A stretch of 64,000 nucleotides of DNA from Chrysomallon squamiferum. Taxonomy: Eukaryota; Animalia; Mollusca. This document shows positions 13,455 to 27,780 of the stretch, piece after piece. The stretch's first letter is position 1, and each line of letters starts with the position of its first letter. The stretch lies in contig CM022677.1 of NCBI GenBank assembly GCA_012295275.1, positions 12,958,001-13,022,000 on the forward strand, given 5' to 3'. The notes under the pieces were generated by a model that saw nothing but the letters and a program-made list of their open reading frames with translations, made no database searches and was not told the DNA's origin. Both the position numbers and the translations under genes were made by a program.

Positions 13455-15880
13455 TTAGTGTTAATGTAGCTGCATGTCTTGTCTAACAAAAGGTCGAATG
13501 CTGAGGTGAAGGTATTCCTGTCAGCCAGCTGGAATCCCAGAAGGGGTATAGGTTCTGGAAGTCCTCTTAGTTGTGCTTTCACTGTCTCTGCTCTAAAAAC
13601 AATCTCAATGTCATCAACCTTTTGCTTATAAAAAAATGCCTGATTTATCACTGCAAAAACTGAAATTTTGAATTGACTTCCTTCCTTTAAGAGGATGAAA
13701 CCACCCATCAAAGTACACCTGCCAGTCATATATTGTCACATGCACATCTCTGGTTTCAGAACAATTTGGTTGATTACCTTTGTTGTGCTGGATTCAACAA
13801 CTCGACACAAATTGGCAAGACAACTAACTTCTGAATTTTACTAAACCAAAACACCAGTCTGATGTGAACTTGGTATGGTCAGAAGGTATAAAATTAAGTG
13901 TTATTTCTGTATGGAGTCCAATCATAACCCTGCATGCGGCATACCACAACATAAATTGATTCTTATTTTGTCCACTATAATTGTAAGTTCATTTCTCCCA
14001 GTCCAAACTTCAGTAGAAAATGGTGTAGTAAAGAAATTACCATATTAGACTCCTTGCTACTACTCATACCTTCATCAATCAAATAATTAATCTGCTGAGG
14101 AATGGCCTCACAACAAATTCAAAAAATCCCACATTTTCTAGGTACAAGGAAATAAATCGGTCCAGGCTGGAGAAGACTACTTGGTATGTGGACTTGATGG
14201 GTTAAGTTGAAAGAATAAAGAATTGTACCAGACAAAGAGTTAGGTTGGTGAGGGCCAACATTGGTAATATTAGCTTCAGCAGCAGTAACTTTGGACTCTG
14301 TCACAATGTTATTATAAAACTTCCTTTCAGATTCCACAATATGCAGATGATCTAGTTGTTCACCAAGCACTTGCAGTTTCTCATCTTCTGGAAGACTGGC
14401 AGTTTAGTGAATCATCTTGTTGTTTTGTTTGCACTGCCAGCACAGATCTGTCCTAGGGCAACCAACAACTACAAAGTGAACATGCAGCTTCCATAGATTA
14501 ATAAAGGAGGATTTCCCTATGGCACGATGACCTAAAAAACAAAAAACAGAGACATACAAATAAATAAGTATTAAAACAATCACTGCAAATTGTTATAATT
14601 ATTTCAAGTAACAATTTCTGAATAATTTAATTACTAATCTTCCATATCAACAGTAACAATATCAATAACTTTAAAACTTAAAAACTAAGTAAGAATATAA
14701 ATGTATGCATGGTTATTTGAATTAGTGTAATGTTTTAAGCACCTTTCCTATAAAGTATAATTTAATGTTTGTTTTAATTTATCTCCAGATACAGAAGTGA
14801 AGTAAAGGAAAGGGGTGTTTAATCTTTGCTTTACAACAAACATGTATTAAATACATAAATAAAAATATCTATACATCCTTATACAGGTATATATAAAACC
14901 CACAAATATACCAATCTATACATTCAAATAACTATGTAGTATTAAAAATAAAACAAATTCATTAAAACATGACACAGCAGCAGTATGGTCATATTTTGCA
15001 TAATAAACAGAATGTTCTAAGGACCAAGGAGGGGAACAAATATTAATGAACAGTTAGAAAGAAAAAGTAGCTTTATCAATAGTTAAAATTTATTTGGTTG
15101 TGCACATGATCTTGAAGAATCTTGTGTGTGAAGTCACAATCAATTTACCTCGTGCAATAGCAAGATGTCTGCAATGACTCAAAGTGAAGCCTTCGTCTCA
15201 GGTGTTTGGAGTATGTTGACATCACTTCTCTTGAATCCTGTACTCGGCCAGGTAAGATGAGTGCATGGTCCTCCACAAAATGCTGCAGAAACTGGACAAC
15301 CTCTCTGTATCATCAGAACTAAGTACCCTAGAATTAAATTTTCTCTTCTGTCTTGGAGTTACTCCATGGTGACGGTAGTGTTTCAGCAATGCTGTTTATT
15401 CTGACTAATTCTGTAATAAAGAGATTAAAGTAACACTTCTATATAATCATTGGTATACTAATCAAATACCTTTGGTATATCTAATCTAAAAATACAATAT
15501 GGGGAAATAAATTTAGAACCCACCCTCCTCAATAAAAAAAATACAATATATATACTGAACTGGATGACTGAACAAAATGTAAAATAACAACTTAAAAGAA
15601 TACTTCCATTTTACTATTCAGTTCTTAATGAATCATCTATTCTAAACAGTAATATTTAGCAATTTAGTATCAACTCCAGCAGAACACAACTACTCATGAT
15701 CAGTGGATTAAAACACACACTTACCCATCAATGAATTGGAAGGTTTCTCTACAGTTTTAGAATCTATGATGCAACAACATCTCTGGAGTTTACATTCTGT
15801 TGGTCGGCAGAGTTTTAAACAGGTCATCTCTCCATTATTCATACTTGACAGTACTCCAAGTAGAATCATGTCTTTTTCAG
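13455..15880 (-). pseudogene. Decayed, intron-containing Sola-like (DUF7869-type) DDD transposase; exons 15880-15725, 15410-15149 and 14531-~13455
   Basis: Motifs across frameshifts: FVEDHALILPGRV, PRTDLCWQCKQN, YSFNLTHQVHIP..LQPGPIYFLVPRKCGIF, NYLIDEGMSSSK, SGQNKNQFMLWY, HTKFTSDWCFGLVK, QEYLHLSIRPF. GT-AG splice sites are intact. Confidence 0.75.
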
Positions 15881-15949
15881 CTGCAAAACACAAAATAAAA
15901 TAGTTTTAAAATTATATTACCGGTTGTTTGAAAAACATTTTTATATTAT

Positions 15950-18790
15950 TCAATAAAAAAGAGAGAAACAAATACAGAAGACAATACAAAAAAGACAGAA
16001 ATCATTCTATGCACGAAAAATATAAAATATCAAAAAAAAGAAGTTTCCAACCTAATACTCACAGCGAAACAAGAACAGTGGGAACAAAACATCAGTCAAA
16101 GACATGTGGGCCAAAGTAAAAAACATTCAAGGCAAAAAAAACCACAGAATCAACACTCTCGGCAAAAACAACATCGCATTCACCGCAAGCTAAAAGCAGA
16201 CCTACTCAGCCAAACCTTCACCAAGTCCAGCAGCAATTCGAACTTCCCACTGAAATTCACAAAGAAACCACTGGACAACCAAGCAATCGGCGAACACTCC
16301 GCAGACACAGAAAACAGGAAATACAATCAGCTATTCAACATCAGTGAATTAAAACATAAACTCAAAAACAAGAAAAGTACAGCCACAGGGCCAGATAAAA
16401 TAAGTTACACAATACTACAACACCTACCAGACAAAACACTACTCATCTTACTCGACCTCTACAACACAATATGCACTACAGGCAAGATTCCAACAAACTA
16501 GAAACATGCCGAATGTTTCAGCTTGCCCAAACCACACAAAGATCACTCACTACCCAACAGCTACAGGCCAATCACGCTGACGTCACACATGTGTAAAACA
16601 TTGGAAACAATGATCAACACACACCTGAGCGAGCAACAACAACAACAATTTAATCAGCAAATTTCAAAGCAGCTTCATGAAGAAACACAGCACAAACAAC
16701 CAGATCACAAGCCTGCGAACATCAATTAATCAATCTTTTCGAAAATCAAAAAAAGTCATAGCAGTTTTTTTAGATATTGAAAAAGCATTCGACATAGTAT
16801 GGAGGGAAGGACTGCTAGTTAAATTAATCAACAACAACATCAAAGGCGACATGTTCAACTTTATCAAAGACTTCATCAACAACAGAACCATAGCAGTCAA
16901 AGTAAACGGTCACACCTCAGAGAAAATGACAATCGAAAACGGCATCCCACAAGGATCCGTGATCTCGCCCACACTCTTCAACATCTACATCAACAACATC
17001 GTCACAGCACTCGACCAACAAGACAACGCCAGAAATCCACCAAAGGAACCGATAAATACAGTACTCTTTGCAGACGACTGCACCTTTTGGCGGGCAGGCA
17101 GATTGACCGCAGCAATACAGAAACAAATACAAAAAGACTTAAACAACATAAACGATTGGGCGTTGAAGTCAGGCATAAAGATTTCTCTTTCCAAAACGAC
17201 ATGCCTCCTTTTCAACAAGAAATCAGACAACAGCAAAATCACACTCAACATCGACAACAACGCCATAACACAAACAAAGACATTCAAATTTCGACAGTCA
17301 ACTCAACTTCCGATGCCACATACACAACATAATTGCATCCTGCAAAAAAACACTCAATCTTCTAAAGCTAATTTCCGGAACCAGTTGGGGAGCAAACGAG
17401 TCAATGCTAATTCTGATATACAAAGCGTGTATTCTCTCCAGGCTCGACTACGGAGCCACGGCTTACTCGAATGCTCCCGAACACTCTTTAACAAAAACTA
17501 GACGTAATTCAATCCAGTGCCCTCAGTGATCAGCCACCTGCCAAACACAACACTACCCGACAGCCTCCTGTCAGAATACAGCATCCAACCACTCAAATAC
17601 AGAAGAAATCTGCAGCTACTGAAATACAGCCTGAAAATACACACCCTGAACACAGACCACCCCGTCAAGGATCTGGTCCTCGACCAACAAAGAATAGGGC
17701 AACCCTTTAAATCAAATAGTCTAATACTATCGAATTTCCTGACAACAGCCAACAAAATTGAAAGGGAAACAGGAATAGGTGAAATTCCACTGTCGGCATA
17801 CCACAAAGAAACAAAACCAGCAATAAACACACCTTTCCTGATTAAAACAGAAACAGACAAAAAGCCATATTTTGACCACTACAAACAACACACGCACATC
17901 TACACCAATGGATCGAAAAACCCAGACAATGGGAGAGTAGGATTCGCCTTCATAGCCCAAGATCACACAAACAAACCCACAGGCATACAATTTGGCTGTA
18001 TCAGAAATCACCTTTCAGCATGCACGGCCAAACTGGTCACCATCATCAGAGTCATGCTGTGGGTGAAACACAACAACAACAAACACACAGTCATATTCTC
18101 GTACAGCCTAATTTCCATCAAGTCAATACAATCCAGACATTCCAGCAGACCAGACCTACTCAGCAGAATACAACATCTACACGAGGACATACAACACAAC
18201 AACAAACAACTAATCATTGAGTGTTTCCCAGCACGTCAGCATCATCAGCAACGAACTTGCCGACCACTACACCAAAGAGTCACTCAGCATTAAAGACGAA
18301 GACATCTGTACAGACATACATTATAGTATAAACGAAATTCTCTCCATCACAGCCAAACATTATGACAAACAATGGCAAAACAAATGAAACACCAAAAACA
18401 AATGGCACTTGAACATCAAACCACTCATCAAAACACCCAAAATCACAGTCGCCAACAAACAACACAACAACAATCTCACCATAGGCAGAATCGGTTACTC
18501 GACCAACTTAAATACAATCTGATACAAATATCACAACACCACATCACCCAACTGCAGCTGTGGACTCTCTGAAACCATGAAACAGTACATGTTTCATTGT
18601 CAAAATTTTGCCAAGGAAAGACAAGCACTAAGTTGATAAGAAAACAGGAGAGTGAGAATAAATAAATATATAATGTGTAATCTACCAGACTGCTAGTTAA
18701 TATTCTCAGTAATACCAACGTGTGAAGTCACACAGAAAGTGAAGGAGTGTTTGTTATAGACCTAAAATATTAACAAATCTTCTGAATGCT
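15950..18790 (+). mobile_element. Non-LTR retrotransposon (I-group LINE) ORF2: RT, RNase H and C-terminal CCHC; frameshifted
   Basis: ATGPDKI, SYRPITLTSHMCKTLE, FLDIEKAFDIVW, GIPQGSVISPTLF and LFADD (RT); IYTNGSK (RNase H, D to N); PNCSCGLSETMKQYMFHC. The sense strand is A/C-rich. Confidence 0.92.
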
Positions 18791-19184
18791 CTCAATGATT
18801 AAGTTTTAAATATGTAACAGTTTGATATAAAAAGAAATAAATCGTCAACAGTTAAAATGCATATTAATAATACAAAAACAAATAAATAAAAACAACAAAT
18901 CCACAACAGCAACTATGTTACTTCTGGAGGTATCTAATAAAACAAAATTAAAAAACAGCAACATTTTAGACAAGAAACTGCCTACACAATCCATTAAGAA
19001 AAAATAAAGGAAAAAAGAAGAAAAGAAACATTTATCTAATTATCAGCTACAGTTTGTTACACAAATGAAACTTAAGTCTAAAAACAGATCTCTTGTTGGT
19101 CTTTATCCATCCAAGAAACAAAAACAATACATTTTTCTCATGTATCATCACATCCATACAAAACTTAATTAAAATTTTACTTAC

Positions 19185-20176
19185 CTTTTCACCACAACCA
19201 TTTTCTACAGTTTTCTGAAAGACAAATAATAAATCTAATAAGTTAGCAAGTAATTTTAAATTACTAACAATTACTAAGAAATGTTTTTAAAATAATTTTA
19301 AAAGTTATTATTAAAAAAAAGAAATCTTTAACAAAACTGAAGTGTGTCAAAAATGCATAAACTGATGCTGTTTTCAATAAACACTTTCTCCCTGGCTAGC
19401 ATTACAAAAAATATGTGTCTATAGGTGTGTGTGTGTATATAAAAACAAAGCGAAAAAACATTACTGTATTGGATATTTAATACAACATATTCTTTTGATG
19501 GTTTAAAAAAATAATAATTGGGATACAAAATTATGGCCATATATGTATTATAATCTGGAAATAAAGAATTCAATTCAATTTAACAAAAAAGATTGATAAA
19601 ATTGTATGTATACACTTGTTTTTGCTCCAATGAGTGGCAATAAAAACATTTTTTAGTCCTTTTTCCTAAAAGCTCATAGAAACAACAATGTTTCCCATCA
19701 ATGCAACAACTACCTCACAGCAATGGAACTAACCTTAAACCTGTAGAGTCACAAAGATCAACAATTCAAATACTACAGAAAGTTTCTACACCAATATTTG
19801 CTACTCATGGAATAACCATTAAATAATTATAGAAACACTATTAAGACCTGTAACTATGAAGTTGTTTATATTTTAAAATGAAGACAAACTTTAAAAAAAG
19901 AAAGAAAAAAGAGACAAGAAAAAGTATTTTTTTGCGTATTTGAAGTCATGTTAAAAAAGATTAATATTGTATGACAAAAGCTTCTTAACTTAATTTTTTA
20001 ATTTCTATTTTACATTATAAACTTTCCAGACAATATAAACTTTCACAACTGTTTAAGAAAATTGTGTAAAATCTTTATTAACTTGAAATTTATCTAATTC
20101 CAAAAACTGGCATTATAATGGTAGCAAATAAATCAGGAAATAAAAATAAAAATTAGTAAAACAATAATAGAGATAA

Positions 20177-20226
<50 letters not shown>

Positions 20227-21748
20227 TAATAAAGAAAAAAGAAAAAGTAAAAGAAAAAATTGAACAAAAAACAAAACAAAACGAATAAAGAAATAGAAAG
20301 AAAACTTAGCTACCTTGTCAAAGTATCTGAAATTGTGATGTTTATTATGTGTGAAACTGCTATTGTCAGCTTGACCATCACAGTGACCAGTGTCCTCCTT
20401 GATCAAGGTTGATAAATTTACTGATTCTGTGAAAATGTAAGTTTTATGTTATTTAAGTGTGTGCCTAGAAAAATAAATGACTTAGGAAAACCAAAAAGGG
20501 AACAGATGCAGAAAAAGAATATCAATTTTAAGGATTACATTCTGTTAGAAATATAAAAATACCACAACATTTAGTGCAAAACTACTTAAAATTCTATAAA
20601 TAAAAATAAGAGGAATTTTGAAGACCAAATTATTCCTAGGAAAAACATACCAAAATAACCAATAAAATTCCATTTTAGTTAACACACTGTACTACTTTGC
20701 ATTTGAAACTAAATTTTACCTTAAAATTAACATATCTAAATTTAAAGGCTTAAAGTCTTACCTGCTGTCTTACTCTGGTATTTATTATTTGCTACCGCAG
20801 CTTTAAAACTGTAGCGTTTTATGCCAGAAGATGAATCGATTTCTTCTTTGTCACCACAGTTCAAGTGCTGCTCCCTTGTCATATCTTGAACAGTTCTTTG
20901 ATGATAGCTTGTGTGTATTCTATTGTATTGGAACTGCTGCAGGTAATAAGGTTTGCATTATGATCCAGTCCAGACTGACACCTCTGATTGGCAGGACAGG
21001 GTACAGTATGGCGGAAGTTTACTGACATCAGACACTGCCTGATTCAAGTCAAATCAATGGTGGTTTAACCTTTTTCACTTTTTCTTGACCTTGGACAATT
21101 TCTATCACCTGAAATTAACATTAAAAAGTTATTTATAAAACCACAGGTCTCCAATGCTAAAATATGCAAATATGTTAAAAAAATTTAAAACAGAAATTTA
21201 ATTAGATTATTGCATGTGTTCAGAAATTTAATTAGATTATTGCATGTGTTAAGAAATTTAATTAGATTATTGCATGTGTTCAGTATTTTAATCAGTGCAC
21301 AAACAATATAGAGCGCACTCTACCTTTCAATTAACAAAAAGCTGATTCAGGTGACATTCTGTTAGCTACACCACAGAACATAATTAGAGCTGAGAAATAG
21401 AGAATTACGCTAACCTATCTTGAAAATAAATGGTATTTTTCAGTGTGATTTTGTAGTTTACAAAATTAATACAAGATTCCACTGGAATTTATATTTATTA
21501 CACCATGTAAAAATGAAAGCATTAAACTTTTACAGAAGAGAAATTTATAATATGACATTTCACTGCTTTTAAACTCCAGTTTAAGTCAGTTTTCACTGGG
21601 AAGTTTATTCAATAAGCAATTTTATTTATTTATTTACTATTTATTTTATTTTATTTTATTTTATTATTTATTTAATTATTTATTTTACCATTTCACAACC
21701 AAATCTGGAAATAAAAACCATAATTTTTTGCCACCTGTTATTTATTTA

Positions 21749-21804
<56 letters not shown>

Positions 21805-21911
21805 GTGTTTATTAATTAAAAAAAAGAAACAAGAAGCAATCTTACTTTTACAGTGATAATTAAGTTTATACAAAATAATATCCAACTGATTTGTATATTT
21901 ACTCATTATTA

Positions 21912-21994
<83 letters not shown>

Positions 21995-23640
21995 AACTCT
22001 TGACAGTGATAGAGATAATTAATCAAAAAAGAAAAAACTAACCTAATATTTGCAGGAACAATTAAGTTTAAACAAAACAATTTCAACATTACCAAATATA
22101 CGTATTAGTGAAAAAGTAAGTTACATAAAATATACTCTCTGCTAATTGCACTAAATATTCCATTTTCTCAGTTGTAAAAAAACATTTTTGAAAATTAAAC
22201 CAATTATTTTCTAGTATTTTTATTTATTTACTGTTTTATTTCGTTAAAATTTTGGAAAGCCGACAAAGCAGCACATGAATTTTGAAGTTTTATTTATGTC
22301 AAGAGATAAGAAAAAATGTTGAAGATGCACCTACAGGATGTTCATATCAGACTGCTCATTTTTGAATCACAGAAATTATAATCAGAATCTCCAGATAAAA
22401 CATCTGCCATTTTGAACTATACAAATTACAAATAATTATAATTTCAATCACTTTTAATTTTTTTTAGCAGCATTCTGAAATGTATTTCCACAACATAATG
22501 TATAAAAAATTGTTTTGTAATGTCCATTTTTCCAAAAAATATCAAAAGGTTGAAATGCAAGTCATTTATAGTTAAGAAAAACATGTCATTCATGGTGACA
22601 AAAGACAATATATAATATAGTATAATTTAATACTTGAACTGCTATTGCTGTTTGGCTGTCATAAAGTTTATCTACCAATACCTACAATCATTATCACATG
22701 GCAGAAAGGCTTACTGCATCATTCCTCATTATCTGTTGAGTATCCCTGTCTCAGCTGTTATGATTTAATACAACTAAGATGAGAAACCAGAAATTATATT
22801 GATAATTACAGACAGTAATAGTTTATTACTAAAGAAATATTTTTATTTCTGTAAGCAGATTAATATTATTTTCACCAAAAAAATATTATCAATTAAGTGA
22901 GAATGACCACAAATAATTTAAAAAATGGATTTATGATGGAGAAAAAAGAAAGACTAACTAATAAATATATAGAAAAGTAAAGTCTGGAAACTTTAAACAG
23001 AAAAGTTATATATAAATAAAAACACCTAGAGATAAATGTTCTCAGTTGATTAATTACAGGTATGAAATGAACTTGTTATGTTAATGTCTTTTTTGTCACT
23101 CAAATGAAACTAGACATTATTGATAACTGTTTATCAGAAATCAATAAGAATGAACTGGAAATGTCAAAATCTACAAAGAAAAGGATATGAATGACTAAAC
23201 TTGAGATTATATTTAGTTTCTAGATTAAAAATTACCTAGAGCTGCAGCAGCCAGTAAATAAAAACATTTGTCTTTTGTCTTTACTTTAATTTCTTTTTCC
23301 TATTACTACAAATTCAATTAAGCTTTGTCTTAAAACAGTTTCCACTATACCTTTCAATGGCAACCATTGAACTATATGCACTGTCAAGAACAGCTTTCGT
23401 TAGCAAAGTCGCCATTCTATCGTCTTTCAGCAACGCCGAGTTCACTAAACACTTTATCAGGATGGACCCTTCACTTTCCTGCAATGGTAACGCTATCACT
23501 ATTTCTTTTTCCAAATCTATAATATTCTGCTAACACTTTAATTTCATCCATCCATCTGCTGTACGTTTTGTAACTTTCGGTCGGCGTCTTCAGATAAAAA
23601 AGAAATTAACAACAACGCTCTGTACCAAGATAAAATCCAT
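19185..23640 (-). pseudogene. Probable 5' exons of the same transposase gene (23640-23351, 21108-20762, 20426-20314, and a 30-nt micro-exon 19214-19185)
   Basis: GC-richer islands on the same strand with cag acceptors and GT donors. The micro-exon reads KTVENGCGEK. The frames contain stops, and linkage to the transposase is inferred. Confidence 0.4.
21191..21283. repeat. 30-bp tandem repeat, 3 copies
   Basis: agaaatttaattagattattgcatgtgtt occurs three times. Confidence 0.9.
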
Positions 23641-23737
23641 CGTCAAACCCACATTTACAACGATACATTACTCCAAAAAACATGAATAACAATCACTCCT
23701 TCCGATAGAGTTCCATACACAAATCCAACACCAAACG

Positions 23738-23805
23738 TAATTGGCTGAATTATAAAACAGTGACCTATGATTTGATCTGTAATAAACATATCCAACCAAT
23801 CAGCA
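23738..23805. promoter_or_regulatory. Paired CCAAT boxes upstream of the minus-strand transposase 5' exon
   Basis: attggctg at about 23740 and ccaatcag at about 23796. Confidence 0.3.
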
Positions 23806-23845
23806 CTATTATAAGTTCTGCTGCAGTCCAACTCAATTACTGATT

Positions 23846-24135
23846 AACCATCCTAGTCCGGTTGCCAAACCCCAGATTTTTGGAAAACCTTGCAATACAG
23901 TCCGTACAAAGTTTGCTGTTTCTATACCTCCGAGATGTGCTCTTTAAGAATCTGAATCATGCCGCTCTGTCATCCTTGGGCAATCCGCACAATATGCAAA
24001 TTAAGGCCGCCATTACTGAAAATCTCGTTTTCGTCAATATCTCAGTAACTACACATGGTATCAAAATAATTTTGGTGTCTATACACGTTTTTAGGGGTAA
24101 AGAATCAGATTAAACCATTACAGTATTGATCACAC
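23846..24135. mobile_element. Non-autonomous DNA-transposon end fragment
   Basis: Starts after TTAA (ttaa|ccatcc). GC-richer, with MITE-like subterminal motifs (ggccgccatt, atatctcag, ttttggtgtctata). Family unresolved. Confidence 0.35.
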
Positions 24136-24139
24136 CAAT

Positions 24140-24430
24140 ATTTACAAGATGCTACTAGTACTAGCATTTTTGCTTACGATACTGAAATTTATATTTTAAT
24201 TCATACAGCTTACGACTAATATTATTTTTACTATATGTTACTACTTGCATTAACATTTTTACTTTCTACGTTACTACTAATATTACCATTTCTACTCTGT
24301 GTTACTATTGGTATTAACATTTTTACTTATTGCATGTTACTACAAAGATTACCATTTTTACTATCTGTTACTTACTACTAGTATTAATATTTTTCCTTAC
24401 TACATCTCACCCATTAGCACTATTACTCTG
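24140..24430. repeat. Degenerate tandem repeat of about 30 bp
   Basis: Recurring ttactacta.tattaacatttttact. Confidence 0.6.
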
Positions 24431-24444
24431 CGTTATTCATTTTG

Positions 24445-24504
<60 letters not shown>

Positions 24505-24659
24505 TCACTAATGTACAAGACAGGCCTTGCTTGTATTTGTACGATTAAGAGTAAAGAGCAATTCTGACTAGGACATTTTCAAGAATCTTCCTTTATCTAG
24601 AAAATTCGAAAGTCATATATCTACTAATCCTGCTCCTACTACTACTTCTTCACAAAATC

Positions 24660-24712
24660 CCTGACGTCACAAAATCCCCGAGCTAAAATTGACAAAAAAT
24701 AAAAATAGAAAG

Positions 24713-24748
<36 letters not shown>

Positions 24749-25197
24749 ATAATAATAATAATAATAAATAAATAAATTAAAAAAAAATTAAAAAAAAAAA
24801 AAAAAAAAAATTAGTGGTCGGACCCGATTCAAATATTGTTCCACAAAATGATTTTCCTGAATAACAGCTCTGCCTGATCACTAATGAGCGATTTTAAAAA
24901 TATTTATTGGAAAGAATCGATTTTATTGCGTCTATTCAAAGTTTTATAACATTTGAATACAATGGCAGGTGCCCGGAACCTCAGCATCTGATTGGTTAAA
25001 CTAATGTTTACACAAACAATGTAGATGTTTTTATTCATTTATTTATTTATTTATTGAATTATTAATTTAAAAACAATATACATTAAATTTTATTTTCTAA
25101 AGAGATACTGTATTTTTTTCTTTTTTTTTTTTTGTGTTATTATCTTTGCAACAATAAATATTTTCAGCTGATGTTATTCTATTGTATAAATATAGTC
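24660..25197 (-). repeat. Inverted copy of arm Y
   Basis: Collinear reverse-complement match to 2079-2456, with poly-A/AAT insertions. Confidence 0.85.
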
Positions 25198-26369
25198 TTT
25201 TTTCAAAATAGTCTTAAAAGATGAGTTATACAGACATAATAGTAATTTTGCATTTCTATAATTAATTCTGAACAGAAGGTGTTCCTTGGATTTGATCTCT
25301 AAGCCTGTTTAAGTATTTGGATTAACCATGATAGCAATCACTGCTAAAAATTGAGTTTTTAATGTGAGTATGCATACGTGTCTCTGTGTGGGTATGTTGT
25401 TTTATTCAAAATTTCACTCATATTTCATTCATTTATTTTTATTATTTTTATTATTTTTATTTTTTAGTGAAAGTCTTCATACTCTCACAGGAAAGGAAGT
25501 AATACTTTTGAGGAAAAAAAAGTAAAATGGCAGGTTAAAAACAAAACAAAAATGAACCTTTTTAAAAATGTATTGTAAGAGATTTGTTTGCGTTACCATT
25601 GCAGAATGATTAATGATTGATTGTAATAAGTGAGGAACTTTATCAGTTTCTACAGAGTATCAGGAAAAAGCCAGAATGTTGTTGGGTTTTTAACCTTGTA
25701 TGTGTTTTATTATAAATGATATTAACGTTATATTTTGTGCATTTCAAAATTTGAATAATTTTCTAAAGTTAAAGTAAGATAGAAGCTTTATATCTCCACT
25801 CCACATCTAAATATTAATATTAAAATTATACTCACTAAAATTTTATTGTTATCAATGAAAATTAGGATTTCTCCGGTAATCTTATTAGCTATACAAAACA
25901 TCTTGAAAAACAGTTTTATTTTATTTTCCAATTTAGCTTCCTTCTCACAGTATAATGATGGTCTTTCATGTTATGTTCTTTTATTATTAACATGAATATA
26001 TGTGAAGTGCTAGATGAAGATTGTATTTACTATTGTTTTGATATTATTGAAAATTAAACGTGCACTTGATTTTTTTCTTTCCCCTTCTTTCTTTTTTTTT
26101 TTTTTTTTTTTTTAAACATTGAGTAAAGTGAGATAATCCCGAATGAAATTCGATAATTTTTCACTAATATGACCAATAATCTCTAATTAATCTAATTTTA
26201 ATATCCCGTATTAAAACGTGATAAAAACTGGTTCTTAATTTGATATCGATGGTTAAAATGGTCAGTGTAAATAGCGATACTCTTTAGTTAAAAATCACTT
26301 TGCTTCTAAAATATTCACGATTTCTCCTTTAATTATATTATAAATGAATCAGTTTATTATTATTATTAT

Positions 26370-26413
<44 letters not shown>

Positions 26414-26949
26414 TATACTTTTTTTTATAAAGAAGTATTTAGTTTTTAACTGGACGGAAACAATAAATACGATAACGTTATGCGGCCTAAAAACAATTTA
26501 CAAGTAATTTTTATATCCGCTCTCAATGAACAATTCTAATGAAACTAAGACAATAGTGTCAAAAATGTTTTTACAGAAATAAAGAAAGAAAGAAGGTAGA
26601 AGGCGCGATATTAAAGTTTTATTAGTGTTGTTGTTGTTGTTGTTGTTACATACCTATTGTCAAAGGGAGGACTTTACAAATTGCGCTGAAGTACACCTTT
26701 TAATGAGTACACCTTTTAATCAGTACACACTATCGTGATTCCAGGGAATTAACTCTGAGATTTTTAAATATAACAAAATATGAGATTAACATTTCTCAAC
26801 ATTCTTGACTATAAATATCACCGCTCAACCAGCAATTACTTCTCACCTTTTTCTTTTTTCAGGTAATTAATTCTCACCTTTTTCTTTTTACATAACGCCA
26901 TGTAAAATTATCATTTATATCAGTAATATTTAGTAGATTATCTGTGATT

Positions 26950-27104
26950 ATCAATATTTTGAGTAGTGTAATATAACATTTATGTTTCACGTACAGTAAA
27001 ATTACACCTTTTTATTATACGATTTAGAATTAGTAAAATATCACGTTATTTTAACAAAGCGAACGTTTCGTACCTGAATATCAGGTTATTTTCATAAAGT
27101 TCTG

Positions 27105-27143
<39 letters not shown>

Positions 27144-27430
27144 CTTCTAATACTGTTAATTAAAAAAGAACAGCCGCTGTATTTTCCAAAACAAAGTGTT
27201 AATATTAGCTACACCTCTGTTGAGAAAAATAATAACATGTAATTTAAATTCTGATTGCAGCGTTAAAACGTTTTCATAACGCCGTGTAAAGTTAATCCTA
27301 GTTTTTCAGTGAAACATGTTTCTGCTGTTTATAAAATGTCACACTAGATGCGCCCTCTTTATTTCTCGATATATTTTTGACGTCACATATATAACACGGA
27401 AGCTCCATCTATATTTCTGAATGTTCACAG
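26950..27430 (-). repeat. Inverted copy of arm X
   Basis: Collinear reverse-complement match to 470-945. Confidence 0.85.
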
Positions 27431-27547
27431 TTCTTTTTCTAGACAGAGGTATATTTAAAAAGCTGAGATTATATTTTCAAATATTAGTAAATAATTAATT
27501 ATATATGGAGTGATATTCATCTTTTTAATTTCAAGCTGAGACGTAAA

Positions 27548-27579
<32 letters not shown>

Positions 27580-27593
27580 GCAGCGAAAATAAT

Positions 27594-27780
27594 CAGTGTA
27601 AATAGTGTATTGTCTTAACAAAAACGCTACGTTATTTTTGCTGAGTACAAATTATTCTGCATTATTGTAATAAACACAACATAAATTCCGATGGGGAATA
27701 TCACATCATATCAAATGTTATCATATTTTCACTATAACCTCGAAAGTTGCCAATGAAATATCGTTCTTTGTCTGGTAAAA
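27594..27780 (+). repeat. Direct copy of 268-450
   Basis: Shared cagtgtaaat.gtgtattgtcttaacaaaaac.ctacgtta...caaattattctgc. Confidence 0.8.

Noticed and set aside
16917-18718. Many overlapping minus-strand and alternative-frame ORFs
   Set aside because: They are by-products of the LINE's A/C-biased composition.
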